Assembly: GCA_903917735.1 (NCBI GenBank)
Contig: CAIXBR010000123.1
Coordinates: forward strand, 3,883 to 67,882
DNA from: an uncultured Elusimicrobia bacterium
Lineage (GTDB): Bacteria; Elusimicrobiota; Elusimicrobia; Elusimicrobiales; UBA9959
Length of the DNA: 64,000 nt
Direction: 5' to 3'
Under the pieces are notes generated by a model that was not told where the DNA came from, did no database searches, and saw only the letters and a program-made list of their open reading frames with translations. This document shows, piece after piece, positions 17,984-27,872 of the stretch (positions are counted from its first letter, which is position 1; every line of letters begins with the position of its first letter). The position numbers were made by a program, and so were the translations under genes.

Positions 17984-20454
17984 CGGATCACCAACAGCTT
18001 TTTCACCAAGTCAGCGCTCCCCGGGCTGCTGATGACCGCCAGATAGCCGCCCGTAGCGACATCCTGCCCCGAAGCGTTGCGGACGTCCCAGCGCAGTTTT
18101 CCATTAGAATTATCGGACCTGAAGCTCGTCACCAGCTGGCCGGTCACTGTGTAGATCTTTATCCCCGCGCGCTGCGGCAGATTGTCGAAGATGATACCCG
18201 AGTTAGGGTCGCAGGAAGAGTAAGTCTTGCCTTTGTCCGGATCGCCGCTGCCGGGCCGGTAGGGAATGGGATAGACCCGTAGCGTGGACAAGCCGGCTGC
18301 GGCCCCCGTACCAAAGGCGGTGAAGATGGACAAGTGGCGGATCTGCCCCGTAACTACCTTGCGCGCCGTGTCAGCCTTAGAGCCCGGCACCTCTTCCCAC
18401 AGCCCGCTCGTCTCGTCTATCACGTAAAGCCGCAGTGTGTCGGCGCGAACAGGCGGGGAAGTTCCGTCCACAAATCCCGTGTTGTTCGCGTCGGGGTAAG
18501 GGATTTTCACAGTGACCGGCAGTTCGAGCGTTCCCGTGGCGCGGCATCCGGCCACCACGATGAGGAACTCGGTCAGGGAACTGCCAGCGCCCCGCATTCC
18601 CGCCGGCACTACGGCCGCAGAAATCAGTGCGGTGGTGTTGCTCATCAGGGGGCGTTGCAGCGGAGAATCAGAAAGCATCCAGCCCGTGGCGGCTCCCAGA
18701 AGCGACAGGGGGATATCCAGCTCCGTAATGCCGTTGTTCCCCGTCAGAGTGCTGCTGTCCGTTCCCGTAATGTAGGACCCAAGCGCGGGCGTAAACACGG
18801 TCACAGTCCTTGAGAAGGCCTCCCCGGCGGGGTTGGAGGCCCGCAGGCAGCGGGAATAAGCTGTGGCCGGGGGAAGGCCGGTTTCAAGGTAATAAGTGGC
18901 GGAGCCTGGGAGCGAGGCCAGCAGGCCGCCGGTGGAAGTGAAAAGATCGAAAGTGCCCGTTAGCCCGCCGATAGGCGTCCAGGCCCAGCGTATCGCGGCG
19001 CTTGAAACCACGAGCGCTCTCAATCTTGGCGGAACGGGCGCTATCGTGTCGAGGGCGAAGGCAAGCTCGGGATCGTCGCCGTTAGCGAAGGCGATAGCCG
19101 TTTCTTTGGTTAGGGGGACGCGGATAGTCGGCGACACGCCGCCCGCGCCGTTGCGACTGTCGAGCTGGACGGTCTGGCTTTCGTCCAGCGATTGGCCGTA
19201 TGGGAACCCTATCTTAACGCCGCCGGGAAGCAAAACGCCGTCGCCCACCATGCCGAACGAACCGTTCGTGCCGTAGAACCCGATTATTTCCCCGTGGGAC
19301 GACCGTGCTATCCCCATAGCCACGCCCTCCCCCGAACTGATGGTTCCCGGGCTCACCAGGGCCCTTACCGGGCCGCCGTAGCGCGGCAGCTGCGGCACTA
19401 TAGAGATGGAACCGCCGCTAGTGATTGCACCGTTGTTGTCGATGCCTATCTCGTATACCCCGGTCTGCGTGTTGTAGTATTTCTGGTACTCATAGAAGGA
19501 GGCGGCCTGGTAAAAGAACCCGGAGTAGCGGGCGGCCATATCGTCGCTACCGCCGTGGTTGCCGCGCAGGTCGACTATCACGCCTGGGACGTCCGCGTCA
19601 ACAAAGGTCTGGATCGCAGTTTTGAAATCGTCATAGACGCGCTGCAGGTCCGCCTCCATCGTCAGCCTTATGTAGCCGTGCCCGCTGGGGAGTATCCTGA
19701 AGGCGACTGGCCACACCGCCATATCGGCGCCGGCGGCGAAATCCGCGCGCGCGAGGGTGGCGAAGTTGTCGCTTACGGCGGTGAGGACGGCGGTCTGCGC
19801 AGAGGACTCTCCGTCGTTGCGGAAGATGATGGTGGCCTGGGTCCCTACCGGGGCGCGGGCGAGGTTGTTGAATTGTTCTATGCGCACATTCTCGTCCGTA
19901 GCAAGCGGGCTGTTCCCGCCCCGCCAGGTCAGGTCCAGCTGTGAGAGCGCGGTAGAAATACCGACCCCGTTCCACTGGGTGATCTCCGCTCCGGGCAACA
20001 TTCCGGCGGCCGCAGCGGGGCCTCCTGGCAGAACCAGGTGGGCTATCACGTGCCCGTCGTCAAGTTCCGCGACGGCAAGCCCGAAGCCGCCGCCGATGCG
20101 ATTTCCGATCACTTCGTTTATAGCGGCGCCTTTTACACTGATGTGCCCGTCCGGCACGGAGAAGCCGTAACGGCGGAGAGCAGTCAGATACGCCAAAGTG
20201 TCGTTCGCCGACTCTGCCGCCGCTATCTGCGGGAGATACATTGTTCTGAGCCCCGCCCAGTCCACGGCCTTCCATTGTGTAAACGCGTATTCGCGGGAAA
20301 ATTTGGCATGGGCGGCTTCGAAGGCCTGCGTCCAGGTCATGGTACTGAAGTCTTCTTCCTGAGGGAGATGGATAATATCGCCGGCGTACCCGCTGGCGGC
20401 CGGTGCGGCAACCGCCAGGGCGAAAATGGCCACAGCTTTTTTAACTATTTTCAT
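17980..20454 (-). CDS. S41-family peptidase with PDZ, Fn3-like region and T9SS-type C-terminal domain
   Basis: Signal peptide, PDZ-like GLAVAELDDGHVIAHLVLPGGPAA, and DLRGNHGGS. The last ~90 aa match the CTD pattern (YPIPYRP..IKIYTVTGQLV..GGYLAVI..KKLLVIR). Confidence 0.8.
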   Translation of the reverse strand: MKIVKKAVAIFALAVAAPAASGYAGDIIHLPQEEDFSTMTWTQAFEAAHAKFSREYAFTQWKAVDWAGLRTMYLPQIAAAESANDTLAYLTALRRYGFSVPDGHISVKGAAINEVIGNRIGGGFGLAVAELDDGHVIAHLVLPGGPAAAAGMLPGAEITQWNGVGISTALSQLDLTWRGGNSPLATDENVRIEQFNNLARAPVGTQATIIFRNDGESSAQTAVLTAVSDNFATLARADFAAGADMAVWPVAFRILPSGHGYIRLTMEADLQRVYDDFKTAIQTFVDADVPGVIVDLRGNHGGSDDMAARYSGFFYQAASFYEYQKYYNTQTGVYEIGIDNNGAITSGGSISIVPQLPRYGGPVRALVSPGTISSGEGVAMGIARSSHGEIIGFYGTNGSFGMVGDGVLLPGGVKIGFPYGQSLDESQTVQLDSRNGAGGVSPTIRVPLTKETAIAFANGDDPELAFALDTIAPVPPRLRALVVSSAAIRWAWTPIGGLTGTFDLFTSTGGLLASLPGSATYYLETGLPPATAYSRCLRASNPAGEAFSRTVTVFTPALGSYITGTDSSTLTGNNGITELDIPLSLLGAATGWMLSDSPLQRPLMSNTTALISAAVVPAGMRGAGSSLTEFLIVVAGCRATGTLELPVTVKIPYPDANNTGFVDGTSPPVRADTLRLYVIDETSGLWEEVPGSKADTARKVVTGQIRHLSIFTAFGTGAAAGLSTLRVYPIPYRPGSGDPDKGKTYSSCDPNSGIIFDNLPQRAGIKIYTVTGQLVTSFRSDNSNGKLRWDVRNASGQDVATGGYLAVISSPGSADLVKKLLVIR

Positions 20455-21112
20455 TATTCGGGCAGTTCAATAAAGAACTCGGTTCCCGCCCCCTCTTTTG
20501 ATTTAACCCGGATCCTGCCGCCATTTTTTTCCGCCATACACTTTGCCATGGCCAGTCCAATGCCCTCCCCTTCTTCAACAGCAGGATCCTGCGCGTGTTC
20601 CCTGTAAAATACCTGCCAGATCTTATCCAGGTTCTGCGCTTTTATGCCGAGGCCGTTGTCGGAGAGTATAGATAACGGTATTGGCGCCCGTCCTTTCTCC
20701 TCTCACGATTATTTCCAGTTTCCGGCTCCGGTCCCGGTATTTTACGGCGTTATCCAGCAGGTTGGCGAAAAACTGACTTACAACTCCTGTGTCGCCCTTG
20801 CAGGGCGGCAGCGTTTCGACTTTTACCGCGCCGCCGGCAGCATCCAATTTATAGGTTAGCGAAGCCAGCAGAATTTTCAAAGGTGGTCTTTTGGGGAAGG
20901 ATGGTTTCCAGTAGTTCCCGGAGCTTCGGGATATCCCATTGTTTGTTGCCCAGATCATAGATAAACTGCCCTATGGTCTCTGCAGGCTTTACTTTAAAGC
21001 CTGCATAGAAAGAGCGGCTGGCGGAAACCACCCGCAGATCCTGGTCAAGAACTATCAAAGGTTCCCGAACGGTGTTAATTATGCTCTCGGCATATTCTTG
21101 GGATGGCACCAC
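20454..21112 (-). pseudogene. PAS/histidine-kinase relic
   Basis: PAS block IINTVREPLIVLDQDLRVV..WDIPKLRELLE. An N-box (FFANLLDNAVKY) and G-boxes (GEGIGLAMAK) follow in other frames. No H-box segment. At least two frameshifts. Confidence 0.65.
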
Positions 21113-21354
21113 AGTTCTTATCCAGAAACATTATTTCCTTAGTCTCTACCCCGGCCGCCGTTTAGAACGGGACATCAAACTATACTAAACAAAAAAACTT
21201 TTACAGCGTCAAAAGTCCCCGAGTTTACCCGGGCCGCAATACTTTTTGCTGCGCATCGCTTCCAGGATAGTTTTTCCGCTAAGTTCCTCTTTCGCTGTCA
21301 TCGGTTCTGCCCGTCCGTATGCGGCCGCCGCGCGTTATCGCGGGCAGACCGGGC

Positions 21355-22191
21355 TTACTTAAAGCCCAGACTCTTCCTGATAAATTGCGCGCGCTTAAAA
21401 TATTCCCGGGATAAAACCGGGTCTCCCTTTTTATCGAATAATCTGCCTAGTCCTTCAAGGCCCTTTGCCAGCCCCGGCGAATACTCCGCCAGGCGGTCTT
21501 CCTCTACGGACCCACTGAAGCCGGCGATAGCTTCGTCCAGCTTCCCTTCGCGCTCCGCCAGGCTGCCCAGATTTTGCAGACAGGCCGCGGCCAGCCGATG
21601 TTGTTTCAGACGTTTGGCTGAGCTCAGGGCCTCTTCAAAATATTTCCGCGCCCGGGCGGCTTCGGCCTGATCAAGCGCCAGGAGGCCCAGATTATTGGTA
21701 ATGACCGCGTAGCCGCTCTTGTCGCCGGCTTCCCGGGCCAGCCCTAGGGCCTTTTCAAACTCGGCTGCGGCTGCTTCGTAATTTCCCTGCAGGCGGAGAA
21801 CATTGCCTGAATTGTTCAGGTTTACGGCCAGCCCCTTGTTATTTTTTATTTCGCCGTTGAGCAGGCCGGCCTTTAAAAACTTTTCCTGCGCCGAGGGAAA
21901 CTCGCCCGCCTCCACATACAACTGCCCGAGATTGTTCAGGCTTTCGGCCATGCCGGCCCTGTCGTCTATTTCCATGGCCAGGGTCAGCGCTCTGTCATAA
22001 AGCTTCGCCGCGGCTGCGTAATCGCCGCGGAAATACGATTCGTTGCCGCGTAAATTCAGGCTTTTCGCTGCGTTATGCCGGTCGCTGACCACGTAAGAAC
22101 GGGTAGAACAGGCCGTGAGCAGGAGCAGGAAGATAAACAGCGCTTTCTGAGCGCCCCCGGCAACCCGCTTTTGAGATTTGAAAGTCAGCAT
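21355..22191 (-). CDS. TPR-repeat lipoprotein
   Basis: Lipobox LLLTACS and about six TPR units (AEFEKALGLARE, YFEEALSSAKR). Confidence 0.75.
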   Translation of the reverse strand: MLTFKSQKRVAGGAQKALFIFLLLLTACSTRSYVVSDRHNAAKSLNLRGNESYFRGDYAAAAKLYDRALTLAMEIDDRAGMAESLNNLGQLYVEAGEFPSAQEKFLKAGLLNGEIKNNKGLAVNLNNSGNVLRLQGNYEAAAAEFEKALGLAREAGDKSGYAVITNNLGLLALDQAEAARARKYFEEALSSAKRLKQHRLAAACLQNLGSLAEREGKLDEAIAGFSGSVEEDRLAEYSPGLAKGLEGLGRLFDKKGDPVLSREYFKRAQFIRKSLGFK

Positions 22192-22197
22192 TTTTAA

Positions 22198-23067
22198 TTA
22201 GGGAGTTCTCCCTTCGAAACCAAGGGAAGCGTCTTCCTTCAGGCGTTTCTCGATATTGCCCCTTATTAAAAGATTCTTCTGCAGCGAGCGGATCACTTTT
22301 TCCGATTCTTCCAGGTCCGTCCTGGCCGCCGAGATCGAAGCCTTGAACTCCGGCGTGGATTCTTCCATGCCCGCCAGGATATTGTCCAAATGAAGCGCGG
22401 AGGAGCTGAGTTTGTCATAAAGCTCGCGTTTCTCCACCAGCATTCCGATAGTCCCGGTTTCCGAGCCGAGCGCGTCCGCCAGCTTTTTTGTGGCGGTGTT
22501 GACATTGGTAAGGGCCTGCATGAGGTCTCCCTGCGGATTTGCTACTCTACTTGTGGCCGAATTGACGTTGGCGAGGGTCTGCATGAGGTCGCCCCGCGGG
22601 CTTTCCAGGTTCGCGATAAGCCGTGCGGTATTGTCGATGAGCGCTTTGAGGTCGACCTTTCCCTCGTCTACGGAGGGGATGACCCCTCCCTTGGGCAGGG
22701 GCGGGGCGTTGTCTGGACCGGGGATGATCTCCAGGCTGTTCGATCCCAGCATAGGCTGGACGAGGGAAATTTTGGCGCCGGTATTTATTTTGCGCGCATA
22801 CTGGCGAAAGACCTTGACCCCGACCTCCACCCGGTTGTCGGGGCCCAGCCCGACGGAAGAAATCTTGCCTGCATCCAGGCCTTTGATGGTGATGCTGGTC
22901 CCTATCCGCAGCCCCCTCCCCTCTTCGAAATACGCGATATACTGGGAATAGGACTGCAGCCATTTCTGTCCGCGCGCCACTATGGCAAGCAGGATGAGTA
23001 CTATCGCGCAGGATAACAGGAAAAATGCGCCGATGATCTTCTGCCGGTTTTTAAATTTAAAGTGCAT
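22198..23067 (-). CDS. mlaD: MlaD/MCE-domain protein
   Basis: N-terminal TM, MCE fold block GLRIGTSITIKGLDAGKISSV, long helical tail. Confidence 0.75.
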   Translation of the reverse strand: MHFKFKNRQKIIGAFFLLSCAIVLILLAIVARGQKWLQSYSQYIAYFEEGRGLRIGTSITIKGLDAGKISSVGLGPDNRVEVGVKVFRQYARKINTGAKISLVQPMLGSNSLEIIPGPDNAPPLPKGGVIPSVDEGKVDLKALIDNTARLIANLESPRGDLMQTLANVNSATSRVANPQGDLMQALTNVNTATKKLADALGSETGTIGMLVEKRELYDKLSSSALHLDNILAGMEESTPEFKASISAARTDLEESEKVIRSLQKNLLIRGNIEKRLKEDASLGFEGRTP

Positions 23068-23089
23068 AGGTCGTCCGTAATATTATGGT

Positions 23090-23830
23090 CTAATATTTCC
23101 GGTTTATCAAGGTCAACCGCTTGCAGCGGAAGTCCGCCACCATTCCCGCGTCCTTCAAAGGGCCGTAATAAGTGATCCTGCCGCCGTCCAGCGTAAGCAC
23201 TTTGTCTGCGGACTTGAGCAGCAGCTCCCTGTCCTGCGTGGTCAGGATCTGGCCGGCGCCTTTTCGCTTCTGCTGAAGTATTTCGGCCTCGATCAGCCCG
23301 GTAAATTCGGAGTCCGCGTTCTGCGTGGGCTCATCCCAGAAAAAAAAGTCGCGCCCGAGTAGCATCGTCCTTATGAAAGAGACCTTTTGCCGCACATCCG
23401 TAGACAGCGCGGCCGGGAGCGACTCGGCGACAGGAGCGAGGTTCAGCCGCTCAAGCCAGGCGTTAATCGAGCTCGAGATCCCGGCTTCCGTCGTCTCCCC
23501 GTAATACCGCAGCGGCAGGGCGAGGTTATCGAACACGTTCAGATTGGCGATGAGCACTGCCTCCTGAAAATATAAACCCATCCTGTACCTGAGTTCGTTC
23601 TGCTCTATCATGGAAAGGTCGCTGAATACTTTTCCGTCTATCAGCAGCTCGCCTTTGACCGGTGTTAAAAGCCCGGCGCAAAGTTTCAGCAGGGTGCTCT
23701 TGCCCGTGCCGATCGGCGCCACTATCGCCAGAACCTCACCGGGGCAAACTGAAAAAGAGGCCGACTCTATGAGATTCTCGCCCCCGTCATAGGCAAAAGA
23801 GACGTCTCTCAGTTCAAGTTTGAAGGGCAT
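23090..23830 (-). CDS. ABC ATPase of Mla-like system with degenerate signature and H-loop
   Basis: Walker A APIGTGKST, Walker B FFFWDEPT. The signature reads LSTDVRQK instead of LSGGQ, and the H-loop position reads TTQD. Confidence 0.75.
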   Translation of the reverse strand: MPFKLELRDVSFAYDGGENLIESASFSVCPGEVLAIVAPIGTGKSTLLKLCAGLLTPVKGELLIDGKVFSDLSMIEQNELRYRMGLYFQEAVLIANLNVFDNLALPLRYYGETTEAGISSSINAWLERLNLAPVAESLPAALSTDVRQKVSFIRTMLLGRDFFFWDEPTQNADSEFTGLIEAEILQQKRKGAGQILTTQDRELLLKSADKVLTLDGGRITYYGPLKDAGMVADFRCKRLTLINRKY

Positions 23831-23833
23831 GGG

Positions 23834-24619
23834 TTAAATATAAAAAAACGCCGTTATGATGATGTTGACGGCGAAACACGCGTATATCGACCAAACCACG
23901 GCGCGCGTAGCCACCTGGGGGATCTCCGTAAAAGAGAATTTAACGGAGAAGCCCTGGTAGCAGCAGATTACGGCCACTATTATCCCGAAGAGAAAGCACT
24001 TGATGCCGCTGACGGCCACGTCCCAGAAACCCAGGGCCCGGCTGAGATCGTCGAGATACAGGGTAAACGGGTAATGTATGATGAATCTCGAGACCAGATA
24101 GCCGCCGAATAAAGCCACCATGTTGAAAAAGAAAGAGAGACAGAACACGGCGACCGACATCCCGACTATCCTGGGAAACACCACGTAGCGCATCGGGTTT
24201 ATCCCCATCATCTCAAGCGCCTGTATTTCATGGTTCACCATCATATACCCTATTTCCGTGGCGATCGCGGTGCCCGATCGGCCTATCACTATGAACGCCG
24301 TTATTATAGGCCCCAGTTCTCTTACCACCACTACGACCATTATCTTGCCTATCAGGGAGTCCCCGCCCAGATCCGGCACCAAAGAAAAGGTTTCGATAAT
24401 GGTCACCCCGCCTAAAAGCAGGGCGATGACGGCCACTATCTTCATGGCTTCAACGCCGGTAAAAAGTATCTGGTTCATTACCACGCCGAAAACCACGCTG
24501 TCGCCGCGGCCGCGCTTGCCCATCCCCACCCTGAACGACTCCAGGAAAAGGGTGCCCATGTCGAGCAGATCAGAAATATACTGCCAGATAGCCGAACCCG
24601 TTCTTTCTAAAATATCCAT
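23834..24619 (-). CDS. mlaE: MlaE-family ABC permease
   Basis: 261 aa, ~5 TM. Blocks ELGPIITAFIVIGRSGTAIATEIG are typical of MlaE. Confidence 0.8.
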   Translation of the reverse strand: MDILERTGSAIWQYISDLLDMGTLFLESFRVGMGKRGRGDSVVFGVVMNQILFTGVEAMKIVAVIALLLGGVTIIETFSLVPDLGGDSLIGKIMVVVVVRELGPIITAFIVIGRSGTAIATEIGYMMVNHEIQALEMMGINPMRYVVFPRIVGMSVAVFCLSFFFNMVALFGGYLVSRFIIHYPFTLYLDDLSRALGFWDVAVSGIKCFLFGIIVAVICCYQGFSVKFSFTEIPQVATRAVVWSIYACFAVNIIITAFFYI

Positions 24620-24907
24620 TGGTGATTGTTTCCGCTATAATACCAAATCCGCGTACAGGACCCGGCCGGACTACGGCTTCGCGGCAATGACTAGAAACAA
24701 GTGCAGTGTGAATTCCGCTTTTATACGGCTATTTCGTCCCCCCTGGTTCGTCCTGTTTATTATTTCTGAAGCGAAAGCGCCAGCCCGGATAATACAGCAA
24801 ATCCAAGAGATAAAATTTTTTTATAAAAATACCCGGGACACAATATTTTGCTCCTGTCTTCGGACGGACACCGCCGCCTGAAGATAACATAGTAAATACG
24901 GATTGAG

Positions 24908-25196
24908 CAGAAAACACAAAGCTAATTATCGACTGTTTTTCCAGAGAGCCGCACCTTTTTCTTCTCCTGAAAGTTGCTAAAACTGCACCCTACCGCTATA
25001 ATAACAAAAAGCGTGGCTTTTCTTTGAAATTTTACTGAGTTCCCCGCGCCCGGCAGTGGCCGGGCGGGTTCTATTGCTTCGTATAAGTCGCCTTTCGGGT
25101 CCCGCTGGCAGTCTTCGTCTGGTGGACCGCAGGTTTGCGGCGCTTCAGGGGCAGGTTTAAACTTCGGGGAATCAGCGGGAGCCCCAGGTGGGTTAA
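24908..25196 (-). mobile_element. IS91-family 3'-end relic, copy B (short form)
   Basis: Minus strand encodes LTHLGLPADSPKFKPAPEAPQTCGPPDEDCQRDPKGDLYEAIEPA. TTGCTA-17-TATAAT at 24974-25002. Ends at GGGTTAA (25196). Confidence 0.8.
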
Positions 25197-25264
25197 ACAA
25201 GTATTGTATCATAGCGATAGAGGTATGTTTTTTGTAGATCCTTTTAGACGATCAGAAGTTTAAG

Positions 25265-25948
25265 ATGAGGTGGGAACCAACGATAAGTGCCCTTATGTTT
25301 ACTATAGATTTTCGGATCAGAGTCGGGTTTATGATCGTCGCCATGGTCTGGAATGTGGGGGCATTGGCGGCGGCGCAGCCGCAGGATGACGATCCTGTCA
25401 TCGAACTGCAAAAGACCCTGGAAGAGCAGGGAAAGCCTTATCAGGCGATAAACAATCTTAATCCTTTTAGTGATGACTACGGCAAGACAGATCCGCTTAC
25501 CCATACAAACTCATCAGGCGCCGTGGTCGTTTCATCCCAGTCGGCCAAGCAATTGGCGCAATTACAAAAGCTATTGTCCACCCCGGTCGTGCATGGCTAC
25601 TTGAGTCTGTTTTCTAAACCGGTTTTATCAAGCGGCATAAACAAGGTTATCAAACGTCCTAACCGCAAGATCCTTTTATATTCGGAAATAGGCTTACTGC
25701 TCTGCATGATCGTTTTTCGGGCTTGGCGACAATCCAAGGCGAAGCATTGGTACCGCAAGCTGTGGATAACTTTTTATTGCCTGGTTTTGGGCATGGGTCT
25801 TGGCGTGTTTGTGGTTCCGGCCGTTGTCATGGGGCGAAGTTATTTTGGTACGCTAAAGGAAATCGCGCAAAGCCTGCTGCCTTCGCATCATCGATATATT
25901 TTTAAAATTCCGGCCTTTGGAAACAATAAAGGACTCGGGGGAAGATAG
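25265..25948 (+). CDS. Hypothetical membrane/exported protein
   Basis: 227 aa with an N-terminal hydrophobic segment plus two C-terminal TM helices. No recognisable motif. Confidence 0.5.
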   Translation: MRWEPTISALMFTIDFRIRVGFMIVAMVWNVGALAAAQPQDDDPVIELQKTLEEQGKPYQAINNLNPFSDDYGKTDPLTHTNSSGAVVVSSQSAKQLAQLQKLLSTPVVHGYLSLFSKPVLSSGINKVIKRPNRKILLYSEIGLLLCMIVFRAWRQSKAKHWYRKLWITFYCLVLGMGLGVFVVPAVVMGRSYFGTLKEIAQSLLPSHHRYIFKIPAFGNNKGLGGR

Positions 25949-26038
25949 GCGGGAATACTTCAAGCACCCGCGCCAGACAGGCGGCCCAGGAATTAGCCTT
26001 CTTGTTCTGATGGTCTAGCAGGCGTTCCATGATTTATC
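25925..26038 (-). pseudogene. IS91-family transposase fragment
   Basis: Minus strand reads ..DHQNKKANSWAACLARVLEVFPPIFP. It matches KKKANSWAACLARVF.EIFPLICP of copy I. Confidence 0.6.
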
Positions 26039-26084
26039 AAGGCTATGCTAGTGCCGGAACAAGGCCTATGGCCATCAGACGACC
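26039..26084 (+). repeat. 46-nt hairpin mini-repeat, copy m1 (diverged)
   Basis: AAGGCTATGCTAGTGCCGGAACAAGGCCTATGGCCATCAGACGACC aligned to copies m4/m5. Confidence 0.6.
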
Positions 26085-26189
26085 ATGCCTGCGCTGCTGC
26101 CTCCATAGGTTGGAGCGCTCTCCTGAAAATAGGTTAGAATATAATAGATATTTATCGGGGGCTCTTTAGCATGGAAAACATTTAAGCGC

Positions 26190-27872
26190 ATGAAGAAATT
26201 TTTAATGTCAGGCCTCGTTCTGCTCGGTGTTTCCATTCCCGTTTCCGGGATGCAGCGCCCGTCCCCAGAGCAGCTCTCCGCCTACCGCAAGGACGGCACT
26301 TTTACCGAAAGGCTCGCCTTTGCCCGCACTATCGGCAACGACAAATTCTCTCCCGAAGTGGTGGCGCGCGTTAAGAACGCTCTCCGCATAAAGGCGCTCA
26401 TGCAGCAGGGGCTTACCCGCGAAAAGGCGATTTCTCTGACGCCTCCTCCCGCCTGGCGGGGGCTGCCCACCACCGGTACGCCTAAAATATTCGTCCTCCT
26501 CATCGACTTCAACGATTATGCCGGCGTGAATTCCTCGACCACGGTAAATACCAGGATCTTCGGAGCCGGCACCGGCGGCTATCCTTATGAAAGCCTCACT
26601 AACTATTACCTCAGGTCCTCTTACGGCCTGCTGAACATCCAGGGCGCTACGCTGGGCTGGTTTCACGCCGGAGTTGCGCGCGCGACCGTCCCTCAGACTA
26701 CCGCCGGCCGCGAGGCGCTCATAGAGCAGGCCGTCTCCTATTTCGCCGCGCATGGGCACGATTTCGCGCAATACGATAATAACGGCGACGGTACGGTGGA
26801 TTATTTTGCCGTTATATGGACCGGACCGGACAACGGCTGGGCTAATTTCTGGTGGGGGTATGAAACCTCTTTCACGGACCCGATCTATACTGTCAGCGGC
26901 AAGAAGCTGGGGAAGTACTCCTGGCAATGGGAATCCAGCCCCCCCGGCCAGGCGTACAGTCCCAGAGTGCTTATTCACGAGACCGGCCACGCGCTCGGCC
27001 TGCCCGACTACTACGACTATTACGCTGCCGCAGGCCCCGGTGGTGGCGTGGGCGGGCTGGATATGATGGATGCCGATACGGGGGACCACAACGCCTTCAG
27101 TAAATATATGCTGAACTGGCTCGCCCCCGTAAATTCCCCCTCGGGCACCCTGACCGGGACGCTCCGTCCCTCGGACGCCTATCCTGATGCCGTAAAAATG
27201 ATGCCGGAGTCCGTGGCCGGGGACGTTTTTAATGAATATTTCATAGTGCAGAACCGCCGGCAGACGGGCAACGACCAGGACTTTCCTTCCAGCGGGCTCC
27301 TTATCTGGCACGTGGACGCGCATCTGGACGCGAGCGGCCAGAATTTTCTTTTCGACAATTCCTATACGTCCCATAAGATCCTTCGCCTGATGGAAGCGGA
27401 CGGCCTGGAGTCCATCGAGGCCGGTTTTTCCGCCGAAGCAGGTGATTATTATACTCCGGGCAAGACCTTCACTCCGACCTCGGTGCCGAACAGCAATAAC
27501 TATTCCGGCGCTTATACCGGCATCAATATCGGAGATATCGCCGGGACTTCCGACTCCAGGACCTTCAATTATTATGTAATGGACGCAAACAAACTTGTCT
27601 CCCCCACGGATAATGTCTTTAGGCCGCTAAAGGGCGGCAAATGCAGGCTGGACGTGACGCCCTTAAAGGCCGGGAACTTTACCCTGAAGGTCTATACCGT
27701 TAACGGAAGTTTTGTTAAGACGATCTATACCGGCCCGGCGCCTATGGGCGTGAACACTTACAACTGGGCCGGGGATGCCGAAAGCGGGCGGATCGTGGCA
27801 AGCGGACTTTACCTGGTCCATGTCGCCGGGCCCGGACTGGACATAACGGAGAAAGTGGTGGTGATCAAATGA
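26190..27872 (+). CDS. M6-like (immune inhibitor A type) zinc metallopeptidase with T9SS-type C-terminal domain
   Basis: Signal peptide and HETGHALGLPDYYDY zinc motif. The last ~90 aa match the CTD pattern (FRPLKGG..LKVYTVNGSFV..SGLYLVHV..KVVVIK). Confidence 0.8.
   Translation: MKKFLMSGLVLLGVSIPVSGMQRPSPEQLSAYRKDGTFTERLAFARTIGNDKFSPEVVARVKNALRIKALMQQGLTREKAISLTPPPAWRGLPTTGTPKIFVLLIDFNDYAGVNSSTTVNTRIFGAGTGGYPYESLTNYYLRSSYGLLNIQGATLGWFHAGVARATVPQTTAGREALIEQAVSYFAAHGHDFAQYDNNGDGTVDYFAVIWTGPDNGWANFWWGYETSFTDPIYTVSGKKLGKYSWQWESSPPGQAYSPRVLIHETGHALGLPDYYDYYAAAGPGGGVGGLDMMDADTGDHNAFSKYMLNWLAPVNSPSGTLTGTLRPSDAYPDAVKMMPESVAGDVFNEYFIVQNRRQTGNDQDFPSSGLLIWHVDAHLDASGQNFLFDNSYTSHKILRLMEADGLESIEAGFSAEAGDYYTPGKTFTPTSVPNSNNYSGAYTGINIGDIAGTSDSRTFNYYVMDANKLVSPTDNVFRPLKGGKCRLDVTPLKAGNFTLKVYTVNGSFVKTIYTGPAPMGVNTYNWAGDAESGRIVASGLYLVHVAGPGLDITEKVVVIK

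Noticed and set aside
21160-21300. 30-aa minus-strand ORF (MTAKEELSGKTILEAMRSKKYCGPGKLGDF) in the spacer upstream of the kinase relic
   Set aside because: No RBS or recognisable motif, and it cannot be distinguished from chance.
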